From the human T2T-CHM13v2.0 reference genome, Homo sapiens, in assembly GCF_009914755.1 (NCBI RefSeq), contig NC_060925.1: DNA of 64,000 nt. The stretch is one strand, 5' to 3'. Below the pieces are notes generated by a model. The model did not search any database. It saw only the letters and a program-made list of their open reading frames with translations, and was not told the origin of the DNA. Of this stretch, positions 1 to 15,534 are shown piece by piece (position 1 is the stretch's first letter; each line of letters starts with the position of its first letter). Made by a program: the position numbers and the translations under genes.

Positions 1-400
1 CACTCCAAAAGTCAGTGACTTAAAACAACCACTATTTATCTCTCTTATGTATCTGCTGGTTGGCTGATCTAGGTTGGGCTTGACACTAGGCCACAGATTT
101 GGTCCAGGTCTGTTCCACTTGCCTCTCATTATTGTTGGAGTAACGGGCTACCCAGGGCTTGCCCTTAGCATGCTAAGACGGACAAGCAAGAGGGCAAGCC
201 CACTCGCAAGCATATGTCAAGCCTTTACTTGAGTCGTATCAACCAACATTCTATTGGCTAAAGTAATCATGTGGCCACATTCCACATAAGTAAATGAAGC
301 AGAGAAATAGGCTCCAGTTTTAGTGGGAGGAACTCTGAAATCACAGTGCAAAGGGCACAGCTGCAGGGGAAGATGAGGGATTGGTAACAAGGATACATTC
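1..400 (-). mobile_element. MaLR LTR fragment (MLT1J/K-like)
   Basis: Motifs typical of antisense MLT1: tcagtgacttaaaacaacc, attctattggctaaagtaatcatgtggcc, gggaggaactctgaaatcacagtgcaaaggg. Subfamily judged by eye. Confidence 0.65.
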
Positions 401-491
401 TCCCATGTTGGAAAAAAGGAAACTGATGAGAGGTGATAAAAGAATTTCCGTCGAGTTTCTATTTTCTGTGACTGCATAAATAAAAATTTAA

Positions 492-885
<394 letters not shown>

Positions 886-2929
886 TGAAGGGTTTGGATC
901 AGAAAGTCAACTATGACATAACTAGAATTTGCACCATTTGGGGAAGGTTTCTGGCTAACCAAGCTTACTCAATAGTGACTTCTGGCTCCTTAGCTTATGG
1001 TTAGGTCAGTAAGGTAGAATGTTGGCAATGGTTTCATCCCTTGGTTTATATCTGCTGCTCTTCAAGGGGACATGTGTGTTGCTTCACATGGTGTTAAAAC
1101 AACAGTGGTAATCCTGGAACCCTCAAGTGACTTTGTCATAATGTAGCCAATCCAGGAAAAGCATCATATTCAGGATTCATCAAACTGAGATGACTAATTT
1201 GCTGCTCTAGTTGGATTTCTTAGCTTTCTGCTTTGAAATCCAGGGGATACAATCATTCATGCTCTAAATATTGAAAGAAAGCCTTCGTGGACACCTACGG
1301 ACTGGCCATGCTCTCAAAAGGCATTTTTCCTCAACCCGGGATGTAGTCATTCTTCGTGACTTGACATACAAATTAGCTTTGTCAAAATCTGGAATGCAGT
1401 CTCATCATTCACTTTTTCACAGCCTCTGAGGTTTTATAGGCTCCATTTCTGATGGTAGACATTGTAGGAAAGTAATAACTGAGGTATTGCCCACATTATT
1501 GTGGGATTTCTCCCTGTCTCTCCAGGAAGGAGATGGAATCACAGTCACACCTTGTGGCATAGTGGAAATGTACATTGGTCCAAATGGTACCTTTTAAAAC
1601 TATGCAGAAGCCCAGTGTGCTTTCTCCTGCACATCCCTTGCTTCATCTTTTTTGTCTCATCCCTCATCAGACTGGCTTTTTAAATTCTTGCAGAAGTCAT
1701 GGCTCTTTATTCTTTGGATGAACCTTTCTCAGAGTCATACATTTCTTAAACATCAGTGATTCACTTGGATGCAAGTAGCTCCTGGACTGCACAATCCCTG
1801 CATATTAGCTAGAAAGGCTCGTGATTCTCCTGCTTGGCACATAGCTGGACTGAGCTGACCTCCACACTTCCTTCCTGACCTGAGAGCCTGTGACAGCCGC
1901 CTTCTCCAAAAGTCCTCCAGACTGTCATTCTTCCTTTTCCACAGGCTGCACTGTGAGGTTGCTCTTAAGGGTGAAGTGTAATTTATTTGCATTCCTTTCT
2001 TCATTCCCCGATCATGATTTCTAAATATTGATTTTTGCACTTGCTCCTCACTTCTTAAATTCTCAATAGGAATTTGGGGGCTCATCAGGCAGTCTGTTTA
2101 GAGCTGCTATAACCCAGGCATATTCTAGGCTTTATCTTAACTATAAATGTCACTAGAATCATAGAAAAATCTAACAAAGGAAATAGAGTTTGGATAGAGG
2201 AACATGAAGGCGAAAAAATTGAATGAATAATTGGAAAATGCACCCCCTTAACTAATATATCTGCAAAGAAACTTATGCTATTAACTTATCTATCATCAGT
2301 TAGTCCTCAAATTGAGCCACTAAGTTGATTCATTTGGGAACATAAGGAAGAAAAAAACCCAAAAACCAAAACAAAAACTAAACCATATTATGATAGAGCC
2401 ACAATCAGACCCCTACCCATGAGAATTGTCACATCAGCTGGCTGGCTGTAAACTAACTGTGCAATAGAACTGAATGTATAATTATGCCACAGGAGGAAAT
2501 CTACAGGAAATAAGATAATAGACTCCATTTTAATCAGAAGCCTGATAACCAGAAAGCTCAACTTCTATACTGTTTCCATGGAAAGGCAGATAAATATGAA
2601 AGAAATGTTATTTATTTTATAAATGACTTCCAGAATATTTTATAGGATTAACATGGTATAATTTAGCTTAAGTCATTCCGGGAAATTCTTTATAATTTTC
2701 TACAATAATAATGGGTATTTTAAATGGTTCAATTTAATGATTTTTAAAAGTACCTCTTCCAATAACTTCTTTCTTTGGTTATTGGTATTGCATGGATGAG
2801 AAATGTGTAGTTAATCAGAAAAGCATATTAACTGTAGTACTCCATTTCTTAATTGTCCTTGATACACATCATGAAAATGTATACAGTTGGCTCTACTAGC
2901 AAATGTGGAAAGTGGTGAAGCTGCTTAAA

Positions 2930-3320
2930 GGCTGTATTTCCCTTGAGCAAGTCACTTTTATATTCTGAATCTTATTCTCCTCGTCTTTATAATGCTCTGC
3001 ATTTTGTTCACAAGACAGTTGTGGAATTAAAATGGGATAAGATAATATGAAAGTTCATGATAAGCCTCACAGTACTAAACATACCGAGGTAGCAGCATAC
3101 TATGTTGATTCATCTTATTGTCATCAGCCACAGGCTGAGCCTTGGCCATGTGCTTGCTCTGGGAACTCGACAGTGGGAATCAGGGAGCTTGGGTTCCTGT
3201 TCTAGGGGTGCTGTCAACTAGCTGTGTGGACCTGGAGCCCCAGTTTTCTCCCTGGGTCTCAGGTTCCTCAGCAGAACAGGTATGGGACTAGTTGATGTCC
3301 AAGGCCTTTCTAGCACTAAT
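2930..3320 (+). mobile_element. MIR fragments
   Basis: ccttgagcaagtcacttt...gttgtggaattaaaatg and ctgggtctcaggttcctca cores. Confidence 0.55.
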
Positions 3321-3505
3321 ATTCAATGCAGAGCCGTATAATCTGGGGTACTTCTCTTAGAAACTTCTAAAAATACAGAACTTTCTCTCTCACTACGAAA
3401 TCTGACTGCAGTAGGACTGAATCAACTGCGTTGGCAAGGCTTTCCTCCAGCCCCGTAAGCTTCTGACTTCTTTGGGAACCCATATTGCTTCCAGTTTCTG
3501 GTGTC

Positions 3506-3524
3506 TGCTGCCACCTGCTGGTTA
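3506..3524 (-). promoter_or_regulatory. Candidate CTCF binding site
   Basis: Reverse complement reads taaCCAGCAGGTGGCAGCa, a match to the CTCF core CCASYAGRKGGCRS. Confidence 0.5.
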
Positions 3525-3799
3525 ACTTCTATAAGAACAGCTAAAACCTAGGGAAATAGAACTGCTTTGCCTCACGTGCTTATAGAGTGATTAGGTCACA
3601 CTGAGTCACCGATAGGCATCTACCACTGATGGGGACTCAGAGTACTTACACCAGGGATGAGACACATGTGTGCTGTGGGCTGTTGTGGAGGAAATAACTG
3701 CAGTCTATCAGTCTTGATATCTACCTCTGCTTTGAAAATTGCAAAGCTGTTGGCCAGCGTTCTAATCTGTTTTCTTCTGGGGTGTGTTTACTCTTCCAG

Positions 3800-4054
3800 C
3801 TCTCTGAGTCCTCCTCATCCTGTTCTTCTATCCATTCCATGGACACAAATTCCTCAGGGATGTCTTCCTTAATCAACCCCCTCTCCTCCCCTCCGTCCTG
3901 CAACAACAACCCCAAAATCCACAAGCGCTCTGTCTCGGTGACGTCCATTACCTCGACTGTGCTGCCTCCTGTTTACAACCAACAGAATGAAGACACCTGC
4001 ATAATCCGCATCAGTGTGGAAGACAATAACGGCAACATGTACAAGAGCATCATG
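3800..4054 (+). CDS. RGL1: RGL1 third-last coding exon (Ser-rich linker and start of Ras-association domain)
   Basis: ctcttccag|CTC acceptor and ATG|gtgagg donor; 255 nt, phase 0/0. Encodes LSESSSS...HKRSVS...YNQQNEDTCIIRISVEDNNGNMYKSIM, the RalGDS-family RA domain start. Confidence 0.95.
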
Positions 4055-4949
4055 GTGAGGAGCAAGCCCTGACCCAGGAGCGGGTTTCCATTTAGATTGT
4101 GTGTCTGTGTCTGTCGGCCGCTCAGACTAATAGCCCTAAATATGCACACTCAATATTAGCATATACATATATGCATTCACACAGAAGGGATGTGTGTCAG
4201 TTCCAGGTCTCCCTGGGCATAGATGCTGAATGATGTATGTATATAAAATATATATACATATATATGCACACACATGGTGTATATAGGATATAATTTTCAC
4301 ATCTTAAAGAAATGCTAAAACTTATTCGTTTAGGTCAGTATTAGCCATTTGAAAATTCTCAATTTGGGTGACAGTGTAAATGTGCTCCAGGGAGGATGAC
4401 ACAACCTCACACATTTTTGGAAGCCTTCCTATGGAATTATATGTCTGGTTTTATCATTGAATTTCCACACATTCTTAGCAGTGTACTCCCCTGATGGCAG
4501 ATTTTTGTCATTTAGTCATTTGGATCAAACCTAGTTAATAAAGTGGATGATCAAGCTAGAAATACAGTTTGGGTTAATGAGGAACGATGCCTATAAAATG
4601 AGACTGACCTTTTTGAGCTTCTTGTAAAATCTGTGTGTTTCTGAGGACAATTGCAAAGATATTTTTAATAATGGCAGTCTTTTGGGAATACACACAGAGC
4701 CTCTCATGGCGATAACCTTGGGTATGTGAGGTCTGGTAGGTTTATCACAAGAATATAAACTCCTTAGTTTATGGGAGATAATCATGTATTGGAAATCACT
4801 TTATCCTTTGCAGCAAAATCCCACAGCTAATTCCACATCTCTCCTCATCTTTATCACTCGCCTCTTTGAAGGCACACTCAGTGCTTACAAGCTCAGGTCT
4901 GAATATGGCATAAGTGGTATGGAGGCTCCACATAAAAGCTTTGCTAAAG

Positions 4950-5720
4950 CATTTATTGAGTCAACAAAATATCAAACATTTATTGCGTTCTAGTCATTAG
5001 ATCAGGCTTTGGGGATAGGGAGATGAGTGAGACATTTCTGCCTTTGAGGAACTTTTAATTAGAAAGGGAGCCCACAAAGCATTATTCACAATGTGCAAAA
5101 TAATAGAGCCAAGATCAGGTGGTAAAGGGCCTTGTGGCCCACACAGAGGAGTGTGTTAATCCCGCAGGCAATAGGGTCTTGTTGAAGGCTTTTAAGTAGT
5201 GATGGGATTTGCTCATTAAGAAAGTCATGGCACTGTGTTTGCTGGAGTGTCGGGGTAGACTGGAGGCGGGGAAGCAAGTTAGGAAGCTGCTATCATGTTC
5301 CATGTAGGAGAGGATAAGGGCTTGAATGACGGTCATGTGGCTGGAGATGGTGAGGATTTTTGAAAGCTTTTGATGAGGTAGAATTGTAGAATCCATTCAT
5401 TTAGTTACCAACTTTTTGGTTACTGTTGTGGAGGACTAGAGGCTGTCTGGGTAGTTGGTGGGTCTGTGAGATATGAACTACCAGAGGAGGATATTCAGGG
5501 ACATTTAAATCAGAGGTACCAGTATGACATCAGATGGCATTGTCTGATAGATGGTCAGAAACATGGGCTGGTGCAAGGCTGGTGCTGAGATCAAATACTG
5601 GGAGTTGTCAAACCCCACAGGGGGGACGTGGTCTCGCGAGACTGAGTGTAGGATGAGGCAGAATGCAAGTGGTAATGAGGGAGGGGCTAATAAAGGAGCA
5701 CCCGAGAGGTAGAGGAAACA
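4950..5720 (-). mobile_element. L2 fragments
   Basis: gcatttattgag...gtagactggaggcggggaagcaagttaggaagctgct-type antisense L2 motifs; boundaries approximate. Confidence 0.5.
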
Positions 5721-6329
5721 CAGGGAAGCCAAGGTCCTCCATGTGGTTACTGCCTGCTCAGCATGGTCTGTTCACCTGGCACCTCTTACCTGCACCAATC
5801 AGAGAGAATGTCCACTGCATGACTCTACAGTGTCTCTGAATTATAGCATGGATTTGTACACCAAACAGTTATGTTTTGGGACATGCCTGGTCAGCGTGCA
5901 CTCTGCTCAGTCTGGGGGGAACTGTGAGTGGTTGGACTGCACAAACCTCTACTGCCCAGGAGGAGTCACAGGTTGTGCATGCTGTCTGAGTGTTGGGAGG
6001 GTAGTGAGCAGAAGATCCCCTGCCCCCTGCTCTGAGATTCCTCCTTCCCCAGCAAATGGGCTGCCTCTGTGAGAATCACCTCTCCTGCCAACCCCTTCCT
6101 GTGGCCCTTTATATTGCACCAGGTGGTGGCACTCACCTTTCATGAAAATCCTGCCAGCGCATGTCACAGGCTTATTCTGGAGAGACGACACACTGCTCTC
6201 GTGCTCTCATTCTAATCGTTAGGCCTCTCAGGAGAAACCTTGCTCACAGGACGTACCTTTCTGAAATGTATTATGCTGTGTGCTGTTGACCAGAAGATGG
6301 AAATAAATCAGTCCAGGTTCAGGCGAGAC

Positions 6330-6907
6330 TAGCAGTTCTCAAACTTTTTGTTCTCAGGACCCCTTTATACTCTGAAACAGCATTGAATATTCCAAAGAGC
6401 TCCAGACTATGTGGGTTGTATCTGTTGATATTTACCACATTAGATATTTAAACTGAGAAACTTTCAAAATGTTGATTAATTCATTTAAAATAACAATAAT
6501 GAACACATTGCATGTTAATGTAAATTTTATTTTTTAATGAAAAATATCTATTTTTTTCCAAAAATTATTGAGTGAGAAGTGTGGCATTGTTTTCCATTTC
6601 TGAAAGTCTGTTAAAATGTGAGTGAGACTGGCTTTGTTTTGTTTTGTTTTTGTTTTTACTGTGAGTACAGGGTACTGAAGAATACAGTGACAGCTAGTAG
6701 ATTTGTAGTTAGAAACCACTGGACCGATTTGTGCTGTTGTGCCAGCAATTCCATCCACCATAGCTTCTGCAATACCTATGCAAATGTCAACACAAAGAAA
6801 AGACAAACAGCATCTTAGTATTATCATGAAAATAATTTTGATCTCATGGATCCCCTCACAGATTTCAGGGACCCCACGGGCCATAGATTGCACACTGAGA
6901 ACTGGTG
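6330..6907. mobile_element. hAT-Charlie non-autonomous DNA transposon (MER119-like)
   Basis: Terminal inverted repeats tagcagttctca...tgagaactggtg, internal tcaggacccctttatactct motif, ctagag-type target site on the right flank. Confidence 0.7.
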
Positions 6908-7171
6908 GCCTAGAGAACTTGCTTTGCAAGAGCAACTAATGTCCCTGGAATCCAAGGCCCTTCCATAGAAGAAGAGACAGCAATTAGCCCTTGTAAAATT
7001 ACCTCCTCAGTGACCATGGAAAAATGTCTTCTACCACTGAACCCATCACTCTTTCGAAATGATCTTTCTCTCCATTATGTCAATCACAGAGTCAGTCTCC
7101 CAAGATCCCTTACACAGGGAATGCAGTATTTCTGTCACAGGAAAGTCAATGAGGGCGACACCAAAGCATCG

Positions 7172-7762
<591 letters not shown>

Positions 7763-8594
7763 AATTCAGTTTATCAGCATAAGGATGCACGCTTGAGCTG
7801 TGAATACTCATTGTAATCATAAGTTCGATTCAGCATCGCTTTGATGGTACAAAGTAATAAACACGCAAGGGAAAGCCCTTGGTCATCTTGTCTTCATTGG
7901 GACATACCTGGGGAAGTTTAAGGAAAGGAGAATGAAGGTAGCCTGGCTGTCTCATATGACTTACCCACCTTAGCCTGACATGCATCCCCTGAAGGGAGGT
8001 CTTCTCCTTTAGCTTTCTGCTACTAGTCCAGTGTGACCCAGCTTTGGGAGTATTTTCTTCATACTATCAAAAACATATTTTCCTCATTTAGAATTTTGTG
8101 TGCACCTACTTTTCCCTTGTAAATGAATATGCCAGATGTTTTGGTAACAGACACGTGAACAAGATCTTTGCTGCTTACAAGGACCCCTTTGTAATGCACA
8201 TTGTTTATGGAATCACAAACACCAGCTGCTGCCCCAGATCAGAGTGAGGCATCTTGGCACTGCCATCCTCAGGCACACAATGGCAGTTTCTGGGAGGAAA
8301 TGAGACTTCTGTATGTGTCGAGGGGGGTCGTGGGGGGCTTTCTTTCTATAGTCCTCTTGCCCCCTGGTGAGAACAGCTTTTATTTTTAAGTAAGAATAAT
8401 CTGAGTTTTCATTCACTTCTTTCAAACTTAAAGAAATCACCCAAGGTATGGTACATAATTTAGCTTTCTTTTCAGGTTGCTCTGCACACCCTGCAAATAG
8501 TTGGCTGGCAGGCAGTGAGGTGAAGGGAAGAACATCAGAATTGGGGACGAGGGAAACCTTTAACTTGTGCTTTTAAAACACTTACAAGCTGATG

Positions 8595-9120
8595 TTTATT
8601 GAAGCATAATTTGCATGTAGTTACATATGCAGATCTTAAATGTTTGATTCTTTGAGTTTTAATAACTATATATATCTATGAAACTACTACCCCAAATCTA
8701 GATAAAGAACATTTCCATCCTGCCTGCCAGATTCCCTGTGCCCTTTCCAATCAATCCCCTCCTAACCTAGAGGTTCATTTTCTAATGCCACAGATTTTGT
8801 TTTTCCTTTTTTTGAAAGAATAGACTCCACTGGTATGTAATCTTTTGTGTCCGGTTTCTTTTGCCTAAGATGATGTTTGTGAGATTCACCTGCATTGTTG
8901 CATGTGCCAGTTCTTAGTTCCCTTCAGTTGCTCAGTAGGATTCTATTATGAATATACTACGATTTATTCTCTTTTCCTGTTGATGGAGATTCAGATTGAT
9001 TCAGTTTTTAGCTATTGTGAATAAATCTGCTATGAATGTTTGTGTACAAGTCCTTTTGTGGACGTATGTTTTTATTCCGCTTGGTAAATGCCTAGGAGTG
9101 GGACTGCTGAATCACAGGGT
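8595..9120 (-). mobile_element. Old L1 (L1MC/ME-like) 3' fragment
   Basis: tttattgaagcataattt...agaacatttccatc...gagattcacc...cctaggagtgggactgctg antisense L1M motifs. Confidence 0.7.
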
Positions 9121-9234
9121 CACCTGTACTTTTTGAAATGGTCAATGGGCAGAACTGCGACCATTTTTATCCCGTGGGTTGTAACCAGTGCCATAGAAGC
9201 AGTTCAACATGGGAGGATAATTTTGGGCCAGGAC

Positions 9235-9440
9235 TAATAATGCTTTGCATTTTTCACAATTCCCTCATATATATTCTTTCACGGGAACTTCAACCACTGT
9301 GGAGGAGATAGGCAAGGAAAGCGTTCTCTCCATTTTAATAGCGGATGACGCTGTGACTCAGAGATTAGGTGACTCGCGCATCATCTGTGGCTGCTAAGGG
9401 TAGAACCAGGACTAGAAACCAGGGATCCTGGCTCTTGGTC
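9235..9440 (-). mobile_element. MIR
   Basis: ctccattttaatagcggatgacgctgtgactcagagattaggtgactcgc core. Confidence 0.6.
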
Positions 9441-9574
9441 CAGTTCCAATTCCACGAGTCCGTTCTTTCTGGAAAGGCATCACAACACAAGACAGCAAGA
9501 ATGAGAGGGTCAGGAGAACTCCCTCAGGAAACGTGAAGCTAAGTACTTTACAAACCTGTTCATTGTCTTTGCAG

Positions 9575-9689
9575 TTGACGAGCCAGGATAAAACCCCCGC
9601 TGTGATCCAGAGAGCCATGCTGAAGCACAATCTGGACTCAGACCCCGCCGAGGAGTACGAGCTGGTGCAGGTCATCTCGGAGGACAAAG
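9575..9689 (+). CDS. RGL1: RGL1 penultimate coding exon (RA domain)
   Basis: tctttgcag|TTG acceptor and AAAG|gtgggc donor; 115 nt, phase 0/1. Encodes [38 protein letters not shown]. Confidence 0.95.
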
Positions 9690-10323
9690 GTGGGCATCCT
9701 TCCGAGACAGGCATGTTCCTTCCCAGGGCAGGTGGCTAGCACATGTCCACAGTGCTCCGCGTTTAGAAGGCAGAAAACGGATACGTATTGTTTTATTGGG
9801 ACCTAGTGGTGGTTTTTGATAGTGCAAGGGTGAACAACCGTGCCATCACCTCACTTGTGGAATTAAGTATCTCAAACCGCTCTCCGATTCCCCAGCTCTT
9901 GTTTTTCCTGCGATTTTGATGAGTATTTCTTCTGCCCAGTCTTTCTGAGCTCTTCAAACACTTTTCTAGGAAGAAGTGTCTCCCTGTGCCAGGAGGCAGA
10001 GGGTAGGGGAGTCTGTTGGGCATTGCAGGTGGCCACACACCTCCTTTACCCAAGAATGTGTTTCTAAGTTGTGTGTGAATCTGAAATTTAGTGGTTCCTG
10101 TAATAATTGCTCATCATTTCAATTAATCATGTATGAAAGGTATTTTCTTTATTCATGATCAATTTTAAAATAACACAAACCTCTAACTTGAAGGTTATTT
10201 ACCTCACATTTATTGAGGCAAAGAACTGGTAATCTATGAAAGGCTTCAATATGCCTGGGAACATATTATTTAAAGAAATCTCTTTTATGAAATACTTTTT
10301 GGGGGAAATAATCACCCTTGCAT

Positions 10324-10472
10324 GTATCTGTCTGCTAATATGAATTTGGGGATTGTATTTGTTGAGAGAAGGAAACAGGCTGGTAGAAAACTCCTCTGTA
10401 CCTTGTCACTTCACAGACAGTGACTGTCAGGATAGGTCTCTTCTCCAAGTGCAGAAGGAGCAGCAAATATTG
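10324..10472 (+). repeat. Arm 1 of a 149-bp inverted duplication
   Basis: Reverse complement of 12499-12647 with one mismatch (10351 g versus 12620 a). Confidence 0.97.
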
Positions 10473-11405
10473 TTGACCGAAGCCAACCCTTTCTGCCGCC
10501 AGACCCCAAACTGTCCATTGCAGCCACCTTAAGTAGTCCTCTGCTCACCAACAAGCAGTGTCCCCTATAAGTGAGAAGCATTCCACAAGCTAGGCTATGG
10601 GATCAGCATGTCACCCAGGGCTCTATTGCTGGTTTAGAGGAGAGTGGCTGAAATTAGAATACTACCTTCTCCTAGAGATTAAAAGCTACAGCCTCTGGGA
10701 AAATTCTTTTTCAGTTTCCTCTTGGAAGATTTCTCATTCATTCAGCTGAGCCTTAGGCTGTGGGGCAACACTTTCTCAGTTATAACCTTTTGATGTAATT
10801 ATAATTATAATTCTAAGCCTAAAAGATGGTCTCAAGTTGTACCATTTTGCTTACAACACAGCACTAAGGTGAGGCCGGTGGGTCTAAAGGTCCAGGAGTC
10901 TCGAGGGGTAGCCAGGACCCAGTGTTGCCCACCAGCTGTGTGGTCCTAAATGCAAGCTGCTGGACCCCCGGGCCTTGGTCCTTAATTAGAGACAATACCC
11001 TGCTGGTTCCTCATATATCACAGGGCGATTCTGAAGATAACAAGAAATCGTGTACCTGAACATGGGGAGACACTAAGTGATATATAACTGTGAGGACTAT
11101 TATTACTGACCTGTGAGTATGTGGGCAGCAGCATGGGACACTTTGAGGGGATTGTTCTCCGCTGAGCCTTTGTGCACAGAATGTACAGGAGTCACTTGGA
11201 ACCTGCTCATATCAGTCTTGTTGTTGGATATCAATGTTTGAAGTTAACTTAAGACTCAATTTGTCCAGTTTTACAACCATATGCCTCTCTGGTTGCCTCC
11301 CCGACCCCACTACCACAGAGCTAGACTTGCACATTTTACCTTTTTTAATTCTGTTTGTTTTTTCAAATACTCATTACACTTGAGTGCTAAATACTGTATA
11401 CCTTC

Positions 11406-12360
<955 letters not shown>

Positions 12361-12498
12361 AAACTGAGTCAAAATAACTTTGCTTTGATGATTTCATATT
12401 ACACTTGGAACAATCCTTGTTCAAAAATTACAGATGTCTAGTTGGGAATCATTGAAATTGAAAATAGTTTAAATATTAAAAGAAGGGGATATTTGCTG

Positions 12499-12647
12499 CA
12501 ATATTTGCTGCTCCTTCTGCACTTGGAGAAGAGACCTATCCTGACAGTCACTGTCTGTGAAGTGACAAGGTACAGAGGAGTTTTCTACCAGCCTGTTTCC
12601 TTCTCTCAACAAATACAATACCCAAATTCATATTAGCAGACAGATAC
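12499..12647 (-). repeat. Arm 2 of the 149-bp inverted duplication
   Basis: 148/149 identical to the reverse complement of 10324-10472. Confidence 0.97.
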
Positions 12648-12649
12648 CC

Positions 12650-12909
12650 AGGAAGGGGAGCATCACACACTGGGGCCTGTCAGGGGGTTGGGGAAAAGGG
12701 GAGGGAGAGCATTAGGACAAATATCTAATGCATGCAGGACTTAAAACCTAGATGACAGATTGATAGGTGCAGCACATGTATACCTATGTAACAAACCTGA
12801 ACATTCTGCACATGTATCCCAGAACTTAAAGTAAAATACTATAAAATAAAGATATGCACGTTCAGCACATGTATCCCAAAACTTAAAGTAAAATTTTTTT
12901 TAAAAAAAT
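12650..12909 (+). mobile_element. L1PA8-like 3'UTR fragment plus a second short L1 3' end
   Basis: gggagagcattaggacaaatatctaatgcatgcaggacttaaaacctagatg; gcacatgtatccc(a/g)aacttaaagtaaaat occurs twice. Includes the G-tract run gggggttggggaaaaggggaggg. Confidence 0.85.
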
Positions 12910-13454
12910 ATACATACTTTCCTACATGGGAAATAAAATACTCGTTTGACGGGATTACTTCAAAAAATATTTCAATATTTCAAGTAGAATTCTGGAGTGC
13001 TGTAGATTTTCTGTTTTTTCTATGTCATTGGATTCTCTTAGTCTTTGAGAAAATCTGCATACTGGGGTGGAAAATGGACTGCAGGAGAAACGAAACCCGA
13101 GTTCAAATCCCAGTTCTGCTATTCACTAGCTGCCATCTTGGGAATTTTCTTTAACTTTTCTTGGCCTCTGTTTCCTACTGTACTTTTTTTCTAGTTTTAA
13201 CATTTTCTATTGGAACATTTAATTCATGGAGCGAATTTCTAAAATCTCATTTGTACTAATTTTTTAAATTGGGATTGAGAAGCTGGGGCCAATTTTTGGG
13301 GTAGTGATGGTGATCACTGTCTGGTTCAGGTCACATTCCAGAGATGAAGGGCCGTAGTCCCGTTCTTGTGTCTGGGCAAGGTTTACAGCTGCCATTGTCA
13401 GTACTGAGCTGACCTCCACAAGCTGACCATCTTATCTTTCCTTATCTTTTTCAG

Positions 13455-13642
13455 AACTTGTGATTCCAGACTCAGCAAATGTCTTTTATGCCATGAACAG
13501 CCAAGTGAACTTTGACTTCATTTTGCGCAAAAAGAACTCCATGGAAGAACAAGTGAAACTGCGTAGCCGGACCAGCTTGACGTTGCCCAGGACAGCTAAA
13601 CGGGGCTGCTGGAGTAACAGACACAGCAAAATCACCCTCTGA
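13455..13642 (+). CDS. RGL1: RGL1 last coding exon (end of RA domain to stop)
   Basis: cttatctttttcag|AA acceptor, phase 1 completing GAA. Encodes ELVIPDSANVFYAMNSQVNFDFILRKK...HSKITL-TGA. Confidence 0.95.
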
Positions 13643-15524
13643 AGGGAGGGACCAGTGGCCCCTTGTTTGCCAAAGGCAGAGTGGGGCTGAGAAACAGGCT
13701 GCGGTGATTGCAATTACCATCCGGTGTTCGAGGATCATTGGTGAAGTCAGCAGATATTTATTGAGTTCCTGTGGTGTGCAAAGCATTATGATAGGCACCG
13801 TGGGGAAACTGGAAATGAATTTGACATGAAAAGGATGAACGATTCACTGATTCTCTTTGACTCATTTGAGACTAAAATGCAGAATTACCAACATTTAAAA
13901 CATATATATGCACATGTATTTGGTATGCATGTGTATATATATAAAAATATATAAGAGGGACTTTATGGGATAGTATGGACTATGGAAAAACAAATTTGCA
14001 CAATGGCCTGGGAAGTTGAGGTCACTTTTTACAGGGAAATAGAAGAAACTGAGAACCTAGTCTCGTATATTCTGAGTAAATGGAATCAGTCCTGGGAATA
14101 GAGAGTGTCCTTTGTGCCAGTATTACAAGAAGCCCAAACTTTATTTTTATAAAGGGAGAGGATGACTTTCTCAATCAAGTGCCACCAGATAAAAACAACT
14201 GCAGAGGCTGGAACTGCCACAGGCTGTATGAAAGGCCACTTTGGAAAGGGTTTGGATGAGCTGGTGGCCTTCAACCTCTGCCTGCATCTGCCACTTTCTG
14301 CTACCCTAGGGAGGCCAGGAGGAGCTTCGGAGGACCATCGCCCCACTGGTCTAGCCATCATGACACCTCTGGAGGTGTCAAGCTCCTGAAACAAGCTCAT
14401 TTCAGTTTCTGGCAACCCCGTGTATTTCCGTTTTCCCCCTAAAGAACATATCATAATCATTGCACAAATAACCATGTTCTTTGGTAATGAAGCCAGAAAA
14501 GAAAGCGCAAAAGAATGGTGACTCATTTGGACTCTTATCTGTCTTGGAATGTCACTGCTTCATTGCCTTCTCTGATTGCCTTTTGCATGTAAAACTATGT
14601 GTCTGGAGTCTTTTGCCATCTGGATCTTAGTACCTCTTTATTATGTGCAATTTATTCCTCAGGTGTGGAAATTTCTACTGCAATTGACTACGTTTGATTA
14701 TTTTGAGCTTGTGAAAGATTTCTGAACAGTGATTGTCCCGTTAATAGCCCCTCAGAAGATGTTCCCTGCTGATAACAGCATCCTATTTTACTTACTTTTA
14801 TAGCATTACTGTGCCTAGTCGTGGGGAAAGAGATGGGGCTGTATAGATTATCTGAATCATTTGTCTAAGAGGTACATTCTTCCAGATGGAATCAATAACT
14901 TTTTTTTTTCCAGGTTCCCGTGCTTGCTATCACAGTATCATTGTTAAGTGACACTTTTGTCTCTCATAACACCATCACACTCTTCCTTCCAAGTCTGAGC
15001 TGTGCTGGGGTTTGAACTAAAAGCCATATGTGGAATATTGACATGTGTAAGAAGCACTTTCAGAATGTTGTCCTTTTTAAGAAATGATTCTCAAAATACC
15101 AGTTTTTATTCCAAAAATTTAGAGAACAAACCCGGAATATGAAGTGCAGATTGTAACATGGAGCTATTTTTTTTTCCTAATCCCATAATACAGCTCCTAA
15201 AAGTTGTGTGGGATTTGCGTTGCATAAATAGCCATGTGAATTCCACAAGAAGCACCAGGGAAAGTTTAGAGATTTGCGGCAATGGACCGAAGAACGGGCC
15301 AGGAAGTCCTCCAATTTCCTTTGGTCTTTCCAGGAGATTGGACTACACATTGTAAAGACTGACTGGGTTTCAACTAGTCAAAAAGCACTTTCTTCTGTTT
15401 TCAATCCCTGTTCGATTTGTGCTTCTGTGCTTGTAGGAGAGATGGCCAGGGTGGCAGCCCTCATGCAGGTTGAAGTATATGTAGCCTCAGCCTGATATTC
15501 TTGGTGCGAAGGTAAAAAAAAAAA

Positions 15525-15534
15525 AATAAATAAA
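15525..15534 (+). terminator. Possible proximal poly(A) signals of RGL1 (overlapping AATAAA)
   Basis: AATAAA at 15525-15530 and 15529-15534. The preceding genomic A13 run makes internal priming a confounder. Confidence 0.4.

Noticed and set aside
6113-6131. Second CTCF-like motif (gcaccaggtggtggc)
   Set aside because: It mismatches core positions and is too weak to call without data.
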